NCBI GenBank assembly: GCA_002938205.1
Contig: PTKZ01000006.1
Coordinates: 4,805 to 68,804, forward strand
Direction of reading: 5' to 3'
Length of the DNA: 64,000 nucleotides
DNA from: Alphaproteobacteria bacterium MarineAlpha5_Bin5
GTDB taxonomy: Bacteria; Pseudomonadota; Alphaproteobacteria; HIMB59; GCA-002718135
The translations under genes and the position numbers were made by a program. The notes under the pieces were generated by a model. The model saw only the letters and a program-made list of their open reading frames with translations, made no database searches and had not been told where the DNA came from. Positions 46,633 to 55,767 of the stretch are shown here, piece by piece (the first letter of the stretch is position 1; the number at the start of each line of letters is the position of its first letter).

Positions 46633-48423
46633 ATGAATGAAATGAATAATAAAATTAATTTAATATTAAAAAAATTCAATGAAGGTAATCAGCTTGAAGC
46701 TATTGCAGAAATTGAATCACTGTTAAATTTTGATAACACTAACACAGAATTACTTTTTGCATACGGAGTTATGGTTTCAAAACTTAATCAATTAGAAAAA
46801 TCAATAAAATGTTTTGAAAAAATTTTAAAAATTAAACCCAATCATGAAGAATCATTACAAAATCTCTATGTTAACTTATTAAAAATTAACAAATTTGATG
46901 AATCAATAATAATTATTAATAAATTATTAAACCAAAATCCAAAACACTATCAAGCTCTAAGAGATAAGGCTTATATTTTTTATTTAAAAAAGGATTATTC
47001 AAATGCAGATAAACTTATAAATAAAGCTATTAAAATCAAAGATAATGAGGTTTTTGGCATAAATCTTTTGGGATTAATATGTGTTGCAACTGATAAAAAT
47101 AAAATTGCTCTTAATACTTTTAAAAAAGCCATATTAATAAATAAGAATTATTTTGATAGTTACAATAACTTAGGTAAATGCTATTTTGATAACGAAGATT
47201 TAGAGAATGCATTTATTAATTTTAAAAAAGCACACAGAATAAATCCTAAATCAGAGCTTCCAATAATTAACATTGGAAATGTTCTCTCTCTAAAAGACAA
47301 ATATAAGATTGCAATTAATTTTTATAAGAAAGCATTAGAGATAAATCCTTTAAACAAATTAATACTTCCAAACATAGCAATATCTTATTGCAGATTAAAA
47401 AACTTAGAACAAGCGACTATATATTATTACAAAGCAAAAAAATTATCACCTGAAAATTATGATTTAGATTTATCTTATTCATATTTACTATTGTACAAAA
47501 AAAAATTTTCTGAAGCCTGGAAATTATTTGAATCAAGGTTAGAAACAAAGAAAGTAAAAAAGGCGAATATTTTTCATGAAAATATAAAGCATAAAATTTC
47601 TATCAAATCTAAAATTACAAGTAATGATAAAATACTAATAGTAAGAGAACAGGGCGTTGGAGATGAAATATTATTTAGCTCAATGTACAATGATTTGCTT
47701 AATAATTATAAAAATATTTCAATAGAAACAGATATAAGACTTATAAAAATATATGAGAGATCTTTTGGGAAGGGAATTTTTTTTCCTTCTGGGCATTTTT
47801 CATCATCTTTAAAAAAAATAGAGGATTTTAATAAAATTTTTTATGCTGGATCACTCACTAAATATTTCAGACCAAATGAAAATAGCTTTAACAAAAATTC
47901 ATATCTTCTTTCTGATAAAGTCAATGATAATAAATTTAAAAAAATTTTAGATAGGTTTAACCAAAATAAAAAAATTGGTCTATCTTGGAAAAGTGTTGTC
48001 AATATATACGGAAGACTAAAATCTTTAAAAATTGAAGATTTTACTCCATTATTTAGACAAAATAGAGCTTTTATTAATTTACAATATGGTAATGTTTTAG
48101 ATGAGATAGTGAACTTTAAACAAAATGGATTTGAGATATATAATTTTGAAAATGTCGATTTATTTAATGACTTTGAATCTGTAATTAGTATTCTTAAAAA
48201 TCTAGATTTATTTGTGACCGTTAGTAATTCAACTGCTCATTTAGCTGCAGCACTTGGTATACCTACAATAGTAATTTGTCCTAAAAAAACATCTACGTAT
48301 TACTATTGGGATTATAATGATGGTTTTACTCCTTGGTACAACAATGTAAGAGTTTTAAAAGTTCAAGGATCTATTAAAAAAACTATAAATCAACTAGACA
48401 TGTTAATTGATAAAATTATATGA
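46633..48423 (+). CDS. TPR-repeat protein with C-terminal GT9-like glycosyltransferase domain (paralogue 1)
   Basis: The N-terminal ~300 aa are TPR-like repeats. The C-terminal half carries REQGVGDEILF, GLSWKS, NLQYGN and VSNSTAHLAAALGIPT (compare GT9 DSGPMHLAAALG.P). Confidence 0.6.
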   Translation: MNEMNNKINLILKKFNEGNQLEAIAEIESLLNFDNTNTELLFAYGVMVSKLNQLEKSIKCFEKILKIKPNHEESLQNLYVNLLKINKFDESIIIINKLLNQNPKHYQALRDKAYIFYLKKDYSNADKLINKAIKIKDNEVFGINLLGLICVATDKNKIALNTFKKAILINKNYFDSYNNLGKCYFDNEDLENAFINFKKAHRINPKSELPIINIGNVLSLKDKYKIAINFYKKALEINPLNKLILPNIAISYCRLKNLEQATIYYYKAKKLSPENYDLDLSYSYLLLYKKKFSEAWKLFESRLETKKVKKANIFHENIKHKISIKSKITSNDKILIVREQGVGDEILFSSMYNDLLNNYKNISIETDIRLIKIYERSFGKGIFFPSGHFSSSLKKIEDFNKIFYAGSLTKYFRPNENSFNKNSYLLSDKVNDNKFKKILDRFNQNKKIGLSWKSVVNIYGRLKSLKIEDFTPLFRQNRAFINLQYGNVLDEIVNFKQNGFEIYNFENVDLFNDFESVISILKNLDLFVTVSNSTAHLAAALGIPTIVICPKKTSTYYYWDYNDGFTPWYNNVRVLKVQGSIKKTINQLDMLIDKII

Positions 48424-50210
48424 ATATAGCCAACAAGTTAAATGAAATTTTAAAAGAATATTCTTCAGGTAATAAAATTAATGCTTATAAAAAATTTAAA
48501 AAAATATTTTTAAAAAATAAAGAAAATAAACAATTACGATATAATATAGCTTTAATGCAAAATGAACTAGGTTTAGTTATTGAGGCTAAACAGAATTATG
48601 AATATTTAGTTAACAATCACTCATATTCTAAAGCAAAAATAAATCTTTATAATATATTTTTAAAAGAAGAAGATTTTGAAAAAGCATATAAACTTATAGT
48701 TAGCATATTAAAAGAAAACCCATCACTAGAATTACAAAAAGTTGACAAAGCCTTTGTATTATACAAATTAAATAAAATTAATGAGTCAATTATCGAATGT
48801 AAATCAATACTAAAAATAAATAATAAAAATATCCAGGCATTAAATATATGGGGTTTATGTTGTTTTGTATCAAAAAATTTTAATGAAGCTAATATTTTAT
48901 TTTTAAAAGCATTAAAGATAAATAAAGATGATATTGTTGTTTTAAATTCGCTTGGCAGATTAAATCATGAAATCAGAGAGTCAAAATTAGCAAAGAAATA
49001 CTTCTTACAAGCTTTAGAATTAAATTCAAATACATATCAAACATTAAATAATATTGCTGGTTTTTATTTAGAAGAAGGAGAATACAATAAAGCTATTAAA
49101 TACTATAAAAAAGCATACTCAATAAATTCAAAAAATAACATTATTTTAAATAATTTAGGTAAAGCTTATTTTAACTTAGATGAAATAGAAACGGCTGAGA
49201 AATATGTCCGCAAAGCATTATTAAAAGATAAAACAAATAATGATTTCAAAAAAACACTGTCTCTAATCTTACTTAGAAAACATGATTTTGAAAATGCATG
49301 GAAATATTTTGATGGTAGACTTGGGCTATCAGATTTTTCTTCTATAAATCATTCTTTTTCACTTATTGAAAAAAAATTATTATTAAAAAATAAACTTGAT
49401 TGGAATTCACATATACTTGTAATTAGAGAACAGGGTGTTGGGGATGAAATTTTATACGGATCTATGTATTTAGATATGTTGGAAAAATGTAAAAATTTAA
49501 CAATTGAATGCGATGAAAGATTATTACCTCTTTTTAAACATTCTTTTAACAAAAAATTTAAAAATAGATTAATAAAATTAGGAAGTGTTTCAACAAATAC
49601 TGATAAGCTAAAAAAATATGATAATACAATTTATGCTGGTAGTTTAGGCAAATTTGTTAGAAACAAATCTAGTTCTTTCCCTACTAATGCCTATCTTAAA
49701 AACATTGATAATTACAAAGATATAGAGTTAGATAAAATACTAAAAGTTAATACAAAACTTAAAGTTGGAATATCATGGAAAAGTTTTAAAAATAGATATG
49801 CAAAAGAAAAATCTTTAACTTTAGAAGATTTTAAAAATTTATTTAATTTAGAAAAAAATTGTCTATTTTTTAATCTTCAGTATGGTAACATTCATGATGA
49901 ACTTAATAAATTTATCAAAATAAGTTCTCATAAAATAATCACTCTAAAAAATTTAGACTTATTCAATAATCTAGTAGGTGTAGCAAATTTATTATCTAAA
50001 CTAGATATATTTATAACAGTTAGTAACAGTACAGCCCATTTAGCGGGCGCCTTGGGAGTAAAAACTTTATTAGTTAAGCCTATTAATCATGCATCTTATC
50101 ATTACTGGAATTATCCTGATTATAAAACTCCATGGTACAATAATGTAATGATGATAAATAAAAAAATGCTAAATAACAAAAAATTTGTTAGTAATTTTGT
50201 TTTAAATTGA
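48420..50210 (+). CDS. TPR-repeat protein with C-terminal GT9-like glycosyltransferase domain (paralogue 2)
   Basis: It has the same 596-aa length and the same motif order (REQGVGDEILY, GISWKS, NLQYGN, VSNSTAHLAGALGVKT, TPWYNNV). Its start forms an ATGA overlap with paralogue 1. Confidence 0.6.
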   Translation: MNIANKLNEILKEYSSGNKINAYKKFKKIFLKNKENKQLRYNIALMQNELGLVIEAKQNYEYLVNNHSYSKAKINLYNIFLKEEDFEKAYKLIVSILKENPSLELQKVDKAFVLYKLNKINESIIECKSILKINNKNIQALNIWGLCCFVSKNFNEANILFLKALKINKDDIVVLNSLGRLNHEIRESKLAKKYFLQALELNSNTYQTLNNIAGFYLEEGEYNKAIKYYKKAYSINSKNNIILNNLGKAYFNLDEIETAEKYVRKALLKDKTNNDFKKTLSLILLRKHDFENAWKYFDGRLGLSDFSSINHSFSLIEKKLLLKNKLDWNSHILVIREQGVGDEILYGSMYLDMLEKCKNLTIECDERLLPLFKHSFNKKFKNRLIKLGSVSTNTDKLKKYDNTIYAGSLGKFVRNKSSSFPTNAYLKNIDNYKDIELDKILKVNTKLKVGISWKSFKNRYAKEKSLTLEDFKNLFNLEKNCLFFNLQYGNIHDELNKFIKISSHKIITLKNLDLFNNLVGVANLLSKLDIFITVSNSTAHLAGALGVKTLLVKPINHASYHYWNYPDYKTPWYNNVMMINKKMLNNKKFVSNFVLN

Positions 50211-50903
50211 GTAAAATTTCTTTGATAGATATTCGTCTCTTTCAGTAATCCATTCTTTTGCAAATTCTACATCCTCCCATTCAGAGAACCATGGTCCACC
50301 TCTAGTATAATGAACAGCAAAAGGTTTGCCTGAATTATGATTTGAGGTCCATCCTTCTAACCAGTTCCATCTTTCATCTAAGGAGCCTATTTCTTCATCT
50401 TTTAGCCACTTGAATTGATGCAAAAATGCTCCTGTCTCATTATTAACCAAATTTGCTGTAAGTATTTGATTACTAGGATGTGAGCAATTAAACAAAATAA
50501 AACTAGACCAATTTTTTCTTGGATAAATAGTTTGTTTTTGACCATCCATTTTATGCTTCTCTTTTGGAGTATAATCATGTTGGACACAATAAACAGCTTT
50601 TGAAGAATCTATATTTTTTAGCAAATTTGCAATATCTGTTAAAAAAATAAAATCACAATCACAAAAAAGAGCCCAACCTTTAAAACTCATTAAAGTAGGT
50701 ACCAAAAACCTTGAATAAGTAAACTGAGTTGATGCAAGTGGGTCAACAGATCTAAAATATAATTTTTTTGCTATTAGCTCGTCAAGTTTTAAAGAATAAA
50801 TATTTGCTTTTATAGAAGATCGTTTTTTTAAAGAGTGCTTACAAACTCTATATGCTATATCTTCTTTTGAATCATAGCCTATGAAACAAGATAATTCTTT
50901 CAT
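50202..50903 (-). CDS. GT8-like nucleotide-sugar glycosyltransferase (DxD)
   Basis: FTYSRFLVPTLM..ALFCDCDFIFLTDI supplies the DxD motif and NWSSFILFNC is the NSG-like motif. The start was trimmed to the ATG at 50903, which forms an ATGA overlap with the hemY-like stop. Confidence 0.5.
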   Translation of the reverse strand: MKELSCFIGYDSKEDIAYRVCKHSLKKRSSIKANIYSLKLDELIAKKLYFRSVDPLASTQFTYSRFLVPTLMSFKGWALFCDCDFIFLTDIANLLKNIDSSKAVYCVQHDYTPKEKHKMDGQKQTIYPRKNWSSFILFNCSHPSNQILTANLVNNETGAFLHQFKWLKDEEIGSLDERWNWLEGWTSNHNSGKPFAVHYTRGGPWFSEWEDVEFAKEWITERDEYLSKKFYSI

Positions 50904-52207
50904 TTTGTATATAATTCTTGATTTATCATTTTTGGTCGTCTCCATTCAAGAGAATTAAAATAACCTGATTCTGACATAGTTGTCCAATTTTTTTGAGATA
51001 TATTGGTTATTTTACATATCCAATAATTTTCTAATTCCGCATTTTGTCCTCTTAATTTCCATGCTTCACTTTTTTGTTTATCGTTGAATTCACCCATTTC
51101 TATATCTGCCATAAATATACAAATTTCTCTAGTTGGATTTGTTCCAATTAATCCTTTGATATTATTTCTCGCTAACTGCCAATGATTTAAATATATAGCA
51201 AAATCTATTAAAAGTTTTTTTGACTCTTCATTGTTAATATTTTTATCAACTAATGATTTAATAAAATCTATATCATTTAAATTATTATTTTTTAAAACCT
51301 CGGTTATTACATTTCTTAATGAAGAACTTGGCTTATCAATCCAAAATTTTTTTATTATTTTTTTTATTTGAGAAAAGTTTTGATTTAATAATAATATTTC
51401 TAAATATAATTTAATATATGGTGGAAAATTTTTTTTCAATCCTAAGGCTTTTTGTATAAATTTTAAAGAATCTTTAAAATCACTATGCATTTTAATTTTA
51501 GCTATCTCATAAAAAGCAATAGATTTGTTTTCATTCGCAACTTGTGTTTCTATGATGCGGCTTGAGTATGCTTTATCAGAAATAAAAATTAATTGATTCC
51601 AGTTTTTTGTTTTGGCAATAATTTGTATTAAAGTCTCATATAGTTTTTCTATTCTTGGATTAAGTGAAAACAGTTTTTCACCATAAATAAAAGCATGATG
51701 AAAGTCTTGATTTCTTAAATTATGCTCCATTAAACCTCTATAACCTAGCGTTTCTGTATTTTTTCTTTTAATCATTTCTTCATATATAGAAGCAAGTTGA
51801 TCGTATTTTTTTTCAATTTTCAAAACTTCAGATTTAAGTAATAAAGATAAACCTGGATCTTCTTTTAAATAATTTGTCATTTTATTATTAGAAGATATAG
51901 CTAACTTATTATCCTTATTAGCGATTGCAATCATTGCATCTACAAAATAATTATAACCTTTTTGAAGACGTTTATATTTTTGTACAAATAAATATCTCTG
52001 AAAACTAAAACGTGTTTTAAAAAAAATATATTGAATAATATATAAAATAACTAAAAGAAAAGCGATTAAGGAAAAAAATAAATTTGATGAAAAAGAATAT
52101 TGATATTCACCTATATCAAAAGAAACAACAAATGTGTTTGATATAACAATAGAAACAATACCAATAATAATTGATATTTGTATTAAAAAAATAACAAGTC
52201 TAATCAC
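50900..52207 (-). CDS. hemY: HemY-like membrane-anchored TPR protein
   Basis: It has the HemY_N-type N-terminus (two TM segments flanking FDIGEYQYSFS), a helical-repeat body and a conserved C-terminal W.C....W...S..G.F.SLEW segment. Confidence 0.7.
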   Translation of the reverse strand: MIRLVIFLIQISIIIGIVSIVISNTFVVSFDIGEYQYSFSSNLFFSLIAFLLVILYIIQYIFFKTRFSFQRYLFVQKYKRLQKGYNYFVDAMIAIANKDNKLAISSNNKMTNYLKEDPGLSLLLKSEVLKIEKKYDQLASIYEEMIKRKNTETLGYRGLMEHNLRNQDFHHAFIYGEKLFSLNPRIEKLYETLIQIIAKTKNWNQLIFISDKAYSSRIIETQVANENKSIAFYEIAKIKMHSDFKDSLKFIQKALGLKKNFPPYIKLYLEILLLNQNFSQIKKIIKKFWIDKPSSSLRNVITEVLKNNNLNDIDFIKSLVDKNINNEESKKLLIDFAIYLNHWQLARNNIKGLIGTNPTREICIFMADIEMGEFNDKQKSEAWKLRGQNAELENYWICKITNISQKNWTTMSESGYFNSLEWRRPKMINQELYTK

Positions 52208-53108
52208 TATCTTTTATCTCGCTTAGTAAATTATTAAAATCAATCGCTATTCCAAGTTGCTTTACCGTTTCAATATAAAAAATATCAAAGTTATTTATTA
52301 ATTTTAATTTTTCATAAGATTTTTTGTATTCTTGATTTTCAATTAGTTTTTCAATATCTCTTATAATTAAAAGCTCTGAATCTGTTAAAACATTTTCTTT
52401 TGAGAATTTAATATTTATATAGGGTAAAATAAAAGTACTTATAAATTTATTAGAATTTTTATTTATCTTATTTCGAATATAGTCATTGCTCTCTTCTTCA
52501 AAACTATTTTCTATAAACTGATTACCCTTATACTGTTTATTTATTACTATGTTTAATTTTTCAAATATATGTGATTTATCGCTATTAGTAATTTTTTCTA
52601 AATAATTTAACTCATTATTAAAGTTTAAATTATTTTCAAACTTCAAAAGTATTAATTCAATTATATCTTTTTTTTGATTATAAAAATCTGATATCTCAGT
52701 CTTTGGAATCGCTAAATTTTTGTTTTTTTCATTAATTTTATTATTTAATTTTTTTACGTCTATAGAAAGATTTTGAAAATTAGTTTTTAATTCATTTAAC
52801 ATTTCTTCTATTGCTTTATTATTTTTATTATTATTTTCGTCTGTTGAAAAATCCTCTAATAAATTTTCAATTTTTTTTAATGATTGATCATTCAATTCTA
52901 TTTTTTTTGAAATATTTTGTATTTTATCGAAGTTTTGATTTATTGAATTTTGAATTTTATTATTATCTTCAACCTGATTTATATAAACATTTTCTTGCTT
53001 ATTATATCCAAGATAAAAGAAATACCCTAATGAGAACAGGGCGACCATAAGTATGAAACTTGTTGATATTTTGGAAAATATATAGAAATATTCTAATAAA
53101 TTTTTCAT
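52200..53108 (-). CDS. membrane-anchored coiled-coil protein, HemX/Mic60-like by architecture and position
   Basis: One N-terminal TM segment (ISTSFILMVALFSLGYFFYL) is followed by ~200 aa of Asn/Lys/Glu-rich coiled coil and a ~60-aa C-terminal helical domain. It lies immediately upstream of hemY-like and divergent from tsaD. Confidence 0.4.
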   Translation of the reverse strand: MKNLLEYFYIFSKISTSFILMVALFSLGYFFYLGYNKQENVYINQVEDNNKIQNSINQNFDKIQNISKKIELNDQSLKKIENLLEDFSTDENNNKNNKAIEEMLNELKTNFQNLSIDVKKLNNKINEKNKNLAIPKTEISDFYNQKKDIIELILLKFENNLNFNNELNYLEKITNSDKSHIFEKLNIVINKQYKGNQFIENSFEEESNDYIRNKINKNSNKFISTFILPYINIKFSKENVLTDSELLIIRDIEKLIENQEYKKSYEKLKLINNFDIFYIETVKQLGIAIDFNNLLSEIKDSD

Positions 53109-53170
53109 AGAAACTTTTTTAGCATTAATAGTCAGTTGTTTAACAGAAGAAATTAATATACGAAAAAATT

Positions 53171-54175
53171 ATGCTTGTTTTTGCAGTAGAAACTTCATGT
53201 GATGAAACATCAGTATGCATTATGAAGGACGATAAGACGATTTTGAGTCACATAATCTATTCTCAAGAAATTCACAAAAAACATGGAGGGGTAGTGCCTG
53301 AGCTAGCATCAAGGGCTCACTTAGAAATACTTCAAAACATAACAAAACAAGCATTTAAGAAAACTAAAATTAACCCAGGTGATATAGATATTTATGCTGC
53401 TACTTGTGGTCCTGGATTAATAGGTGCATTGTTAGTTGGTTCTACATTTACTAAAGCATTATCGATAGGCGCAAAAAAACCCTTTGTGCCAATAAATCAT
53501 TTAGAAGGACATTTATTTTCTCCAACATTTAATAACAAAATTTTATTTCCCCATCTTTCGCTTCTTATAACAGGTGGACATACGCAAATTTATTTGATTA
53601 ACAATAAACAAAAAATAACACTCTTGGGAGAAAGTATAGACGATGCAGTTGGAGAAGCCTTTGATAAGGTTGCAAAACTTCTCGGTTTATCATATCCAGG
53701 AGGTCAAGAAATTGAAAAAAAAGCTAAAAAAGGAGATGAAAATTTTTTTAAATTGCCACAACCTTTAATAAGTGAAGATAATTCTAACTTTTCCTTTTCT
53801 GGATTAAAAACATCAGTAAATTTAATTATTAAAAAAAATAAAATTAATTACAATTTTATTAACAATATGTCCGCATCGTTTCAAAAATGCATTGCAGATA
53901 TTCTGTCTGTAAAATTAGACAAAACAATTAAAAAATTAATTCAAGATAAAAAAAACTTATCATCCGTTTCTGTAGTTGGTGGTGTTGCCAATAATAATTA
54001 CATCAAATCCAAAATACTATCTATTACAAAAAAACATAATCTTAAATTAGTTATTCCTCCAAGAAAAATGTTATGTGACAATGCAGCGATGATTGCTTGG
54101 ACTTGTATTTATAAATATAGTAAGGGTGATGCAAATATATTTGTTGAACCTAATCCTAGGTTAACGATAAATTAA
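53171..54175 (+). CDS. tsaD: tRNA N6-adenosine threonylcarbamoyltransferase
   Basis: AVETSCDETS, the HLEGH metal site, ITGGHTQ and GGVANN are present. Confidence 0.93.
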   Translation: MLVFAVETSCDETSVCIMKDDKTILSHIIYSQEIHKKHGGVVPELASRAHLEILQNITKQAFKKTKINPGDIDIYAATCGPGLIGALLVGSTFTKALSIGAKKPFVPINHLEGHLFSPTFNNKILFPHLSLLITGGHTQIYLINNKQKITLLGESIDDAVGEAFDKVAKLLGLSYPGGQEIEKKAKKGDENFFKLPQPLISEDNSNFSFSGLKTSVNLIIKKNKINYNFINNMSASFQKCIADILSVKLDKTIKKLIQDKKNLSSVSVVGGVANNNYIKSKILSITKKHNLKLVIPPRKMLCDNAAMIAWTCIYKYSKGDANIFVEPNPRLTIN

Positions 54176-54179
54176 CAAT

Positions 54180-54599
54180 ATGAAAATAAATTACTGGTTA
54201 ATGAAATCTGAACCTTCTACTTGGTCATGGAATAATCAAGTAAAAGATAAAATAACAATGTGGGATGGGGTCAGAAACTATCAAGCTAGAAATAATTTAA
54301 TGAAAATGAAACAAAAAGATTTATGTTTCTTTTATCATTCTGTCACTGAAAAATCTATTGTGGGCGTCGTTGAAGTAATAAAAGAACATTATCCAGATCC
54401 AACTGATAAAACTGGAAGGTTTGTCGTAGTGGATGTCAAAACTAAATATAAATTTAAGAATCCGGTAAATCTTGAGCAAATTAAAAATAATCCAAAATTA
54501 TCTGATATCCCTCTTATAAAACAAAGTAGATTATCTGTGATGCCAATTAGAATCTCAGAATGGAATGCAATTATTAAAATATCTGAGAAACAACGGTGA
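54180..54599 (+). CDS. EVE (PUA-like) domain protein
   Basis: YWLMKSEPSTWSW, WDGVRNYQARNNL, CFFYHS and IVGVVEV are present, and the length is 139 aa. Confidence 0.8.
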   Translation: MKINYWLMKSEPSTWSWNNQVKDKITMWDGVRNYQARNNLMKMKQKDLCFFYHSVTEKSIVGVVEVIKEHYPDPTDKTGRFVVVDVKTKYKFKNPVNLEQIKNNPKLSDIPLIKQSRLSVMPIRISEWNAIIKISEKQR

Positions 54600-55456
54600 C
54601 AACAAAAATTTTATGGATTGCTTCTTATCCTAAAAGTGGCAATACTTGGATAAGATCAATTATATCTTCATTATTTTATACAAAAAAAGGCGACTTTAAT
54701 TTTAACTTATTGAATTTAATTGAATTGTTTGAGCAAAAGAAAAATTTTAATTTTGTTAATAATATTAATCAAGAAGATTACAAAAATTTGCATAAAATAG
54801 AAATTATATCAAAATATTGGTTAGAGGCTCAAAATTCTATAATTAATCAAAGACATTCAATAAATCCTATTTACAATGTCTTCAAAACTCATAATGCCAA
54901 TCTATTCGTCAATTCAAACATTTTTACTAAATCTGATTATACTGCAGGAATCATTTATTTAGTTAGAGATCCTCGTGAAATTGCTATTTCTTATTCGAAA
55001 CATATGGGGAAAGGCATAGACCAAACAATAGACATCATGCTTAATGAAAAAACTACTTTAAAACCTCCAAACGATTTTCCGACATCTATAATTTCAACAT
55101 GGGAACTACATTATAAAAGCTGGAAAAAAACCAATGCTCCAAAATTAATATTAAAATATGAAGACATGATAGAGAATACAAAAGAAACAATCGAAAGAAT
55201 TATAGTATTTTTATGCATCATTTTTCAAATAAAAAAAGACAGTTTTGAAAAAAAAATAAATAATATTATAAACTCTACCAATATTAATAAATTTAGGCAG
55301 CATGAATTAAAATTTGGTTTTGCTGAATCATCAAATAAATCTTATTTCTTTGGTAATGCAAAAAGAGATAGTTGGAAAAAAATACTTTCAAAAAAACAGG
55401 TCAAAAAAATTGAGGATAAATTTTATAACACAATGCGAGAAATTGGATATATATAA
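54596..55456 (+). CDS. PAPS-type sulfotransferase domain protein (paralogue 1)
   Basis: A GTG start forms a GTGA overlap with the EVE stop. The 5'-PSB motif is YPKSGNTW and the 3'-PB motif is YLVRDPREIAIS. Confidence 0.75.
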   Translation: MTTKILWIASYPKSGNTWIRSIISSLFYTKKGDFNFNLLNLIELFEQKKNFNFVNNINQEDYKNLHKIEIISKYWLEAQNSIINQRHSINPIYNVFKTHNANLFVNSNIFTKSDYTAGIIYLVRDPREIAISYSKHMGKGIDQTIDIMLNEKTTLKPPNDFPTSIISTWELHYKSWKKTNAPKLILKYEDMIENTKETIERIIVFLCIIFQIKKDSFEKKINNIINSTNINKFRQHELKFGFAESSNKSYFFGNAKRDSWKKILSKKQVKKIEDKFYNTMREIGYI

Positions 55457-55594
55457 TTGTAAATTTTTTATTGATATTTGCTTCAATTGTGATTAAATTT
55501 TAAATTATGGTAACAAAAAAAGCTGGATTAATAATTCAAAAGTTAATTTTGATGAATATATAAAAATGTATAATTAATCAATTGGTAACAATAG

Positions 55595-55765
55595 CGATTT
55601 GTTGATGTTAAGGCTAAAACTAAAATGAAAAAACCAATTAACCTTGAACAAATTAAAAACAACCACAAATTAAGCAAACTTGCCTTTATAAAACAAAGAA
55701 AGTTATTTGTAATGCCAATTTTAAAAAAAGAGTGGAATGAAATTATAAAAATTTCCGAAAATTAA
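55595..55765 (+). pseudogene. remnant of a second EVE-domain gene (C-terminal ~55 codons only)
   Basis: My own translation gives RFVDVKAKTKMKKPINLEQIKNNHKLSKLAFIKQRKLFVMPILKKEWNEIIKISEN. The intact copy reads RFVVVDVKTKYKFKNPVNLEQIKNNPKLSDIPLIKQSRLSVMPIRISEWNAIIKISEKQR. A stop lies immediately upstream at 55592. Confidence 0.8.
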
Positions 55766-55767
55766 TA

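Noticed and set aside
4708-50945. Longer N-terminal extensions offered by the ORF track for dapF (4708), mtaB (5537), ccmG (33664), ccmH (34232), folD (37268) and the GT8-like gene (50945).
   Set aside because: The extensions use GTG or TTG starts, or overlap the upstream gene extensively, and add residues absent from the family N-termini. Internal ATGs give canonical N-termini and typical ATGA/TAATG coupling.
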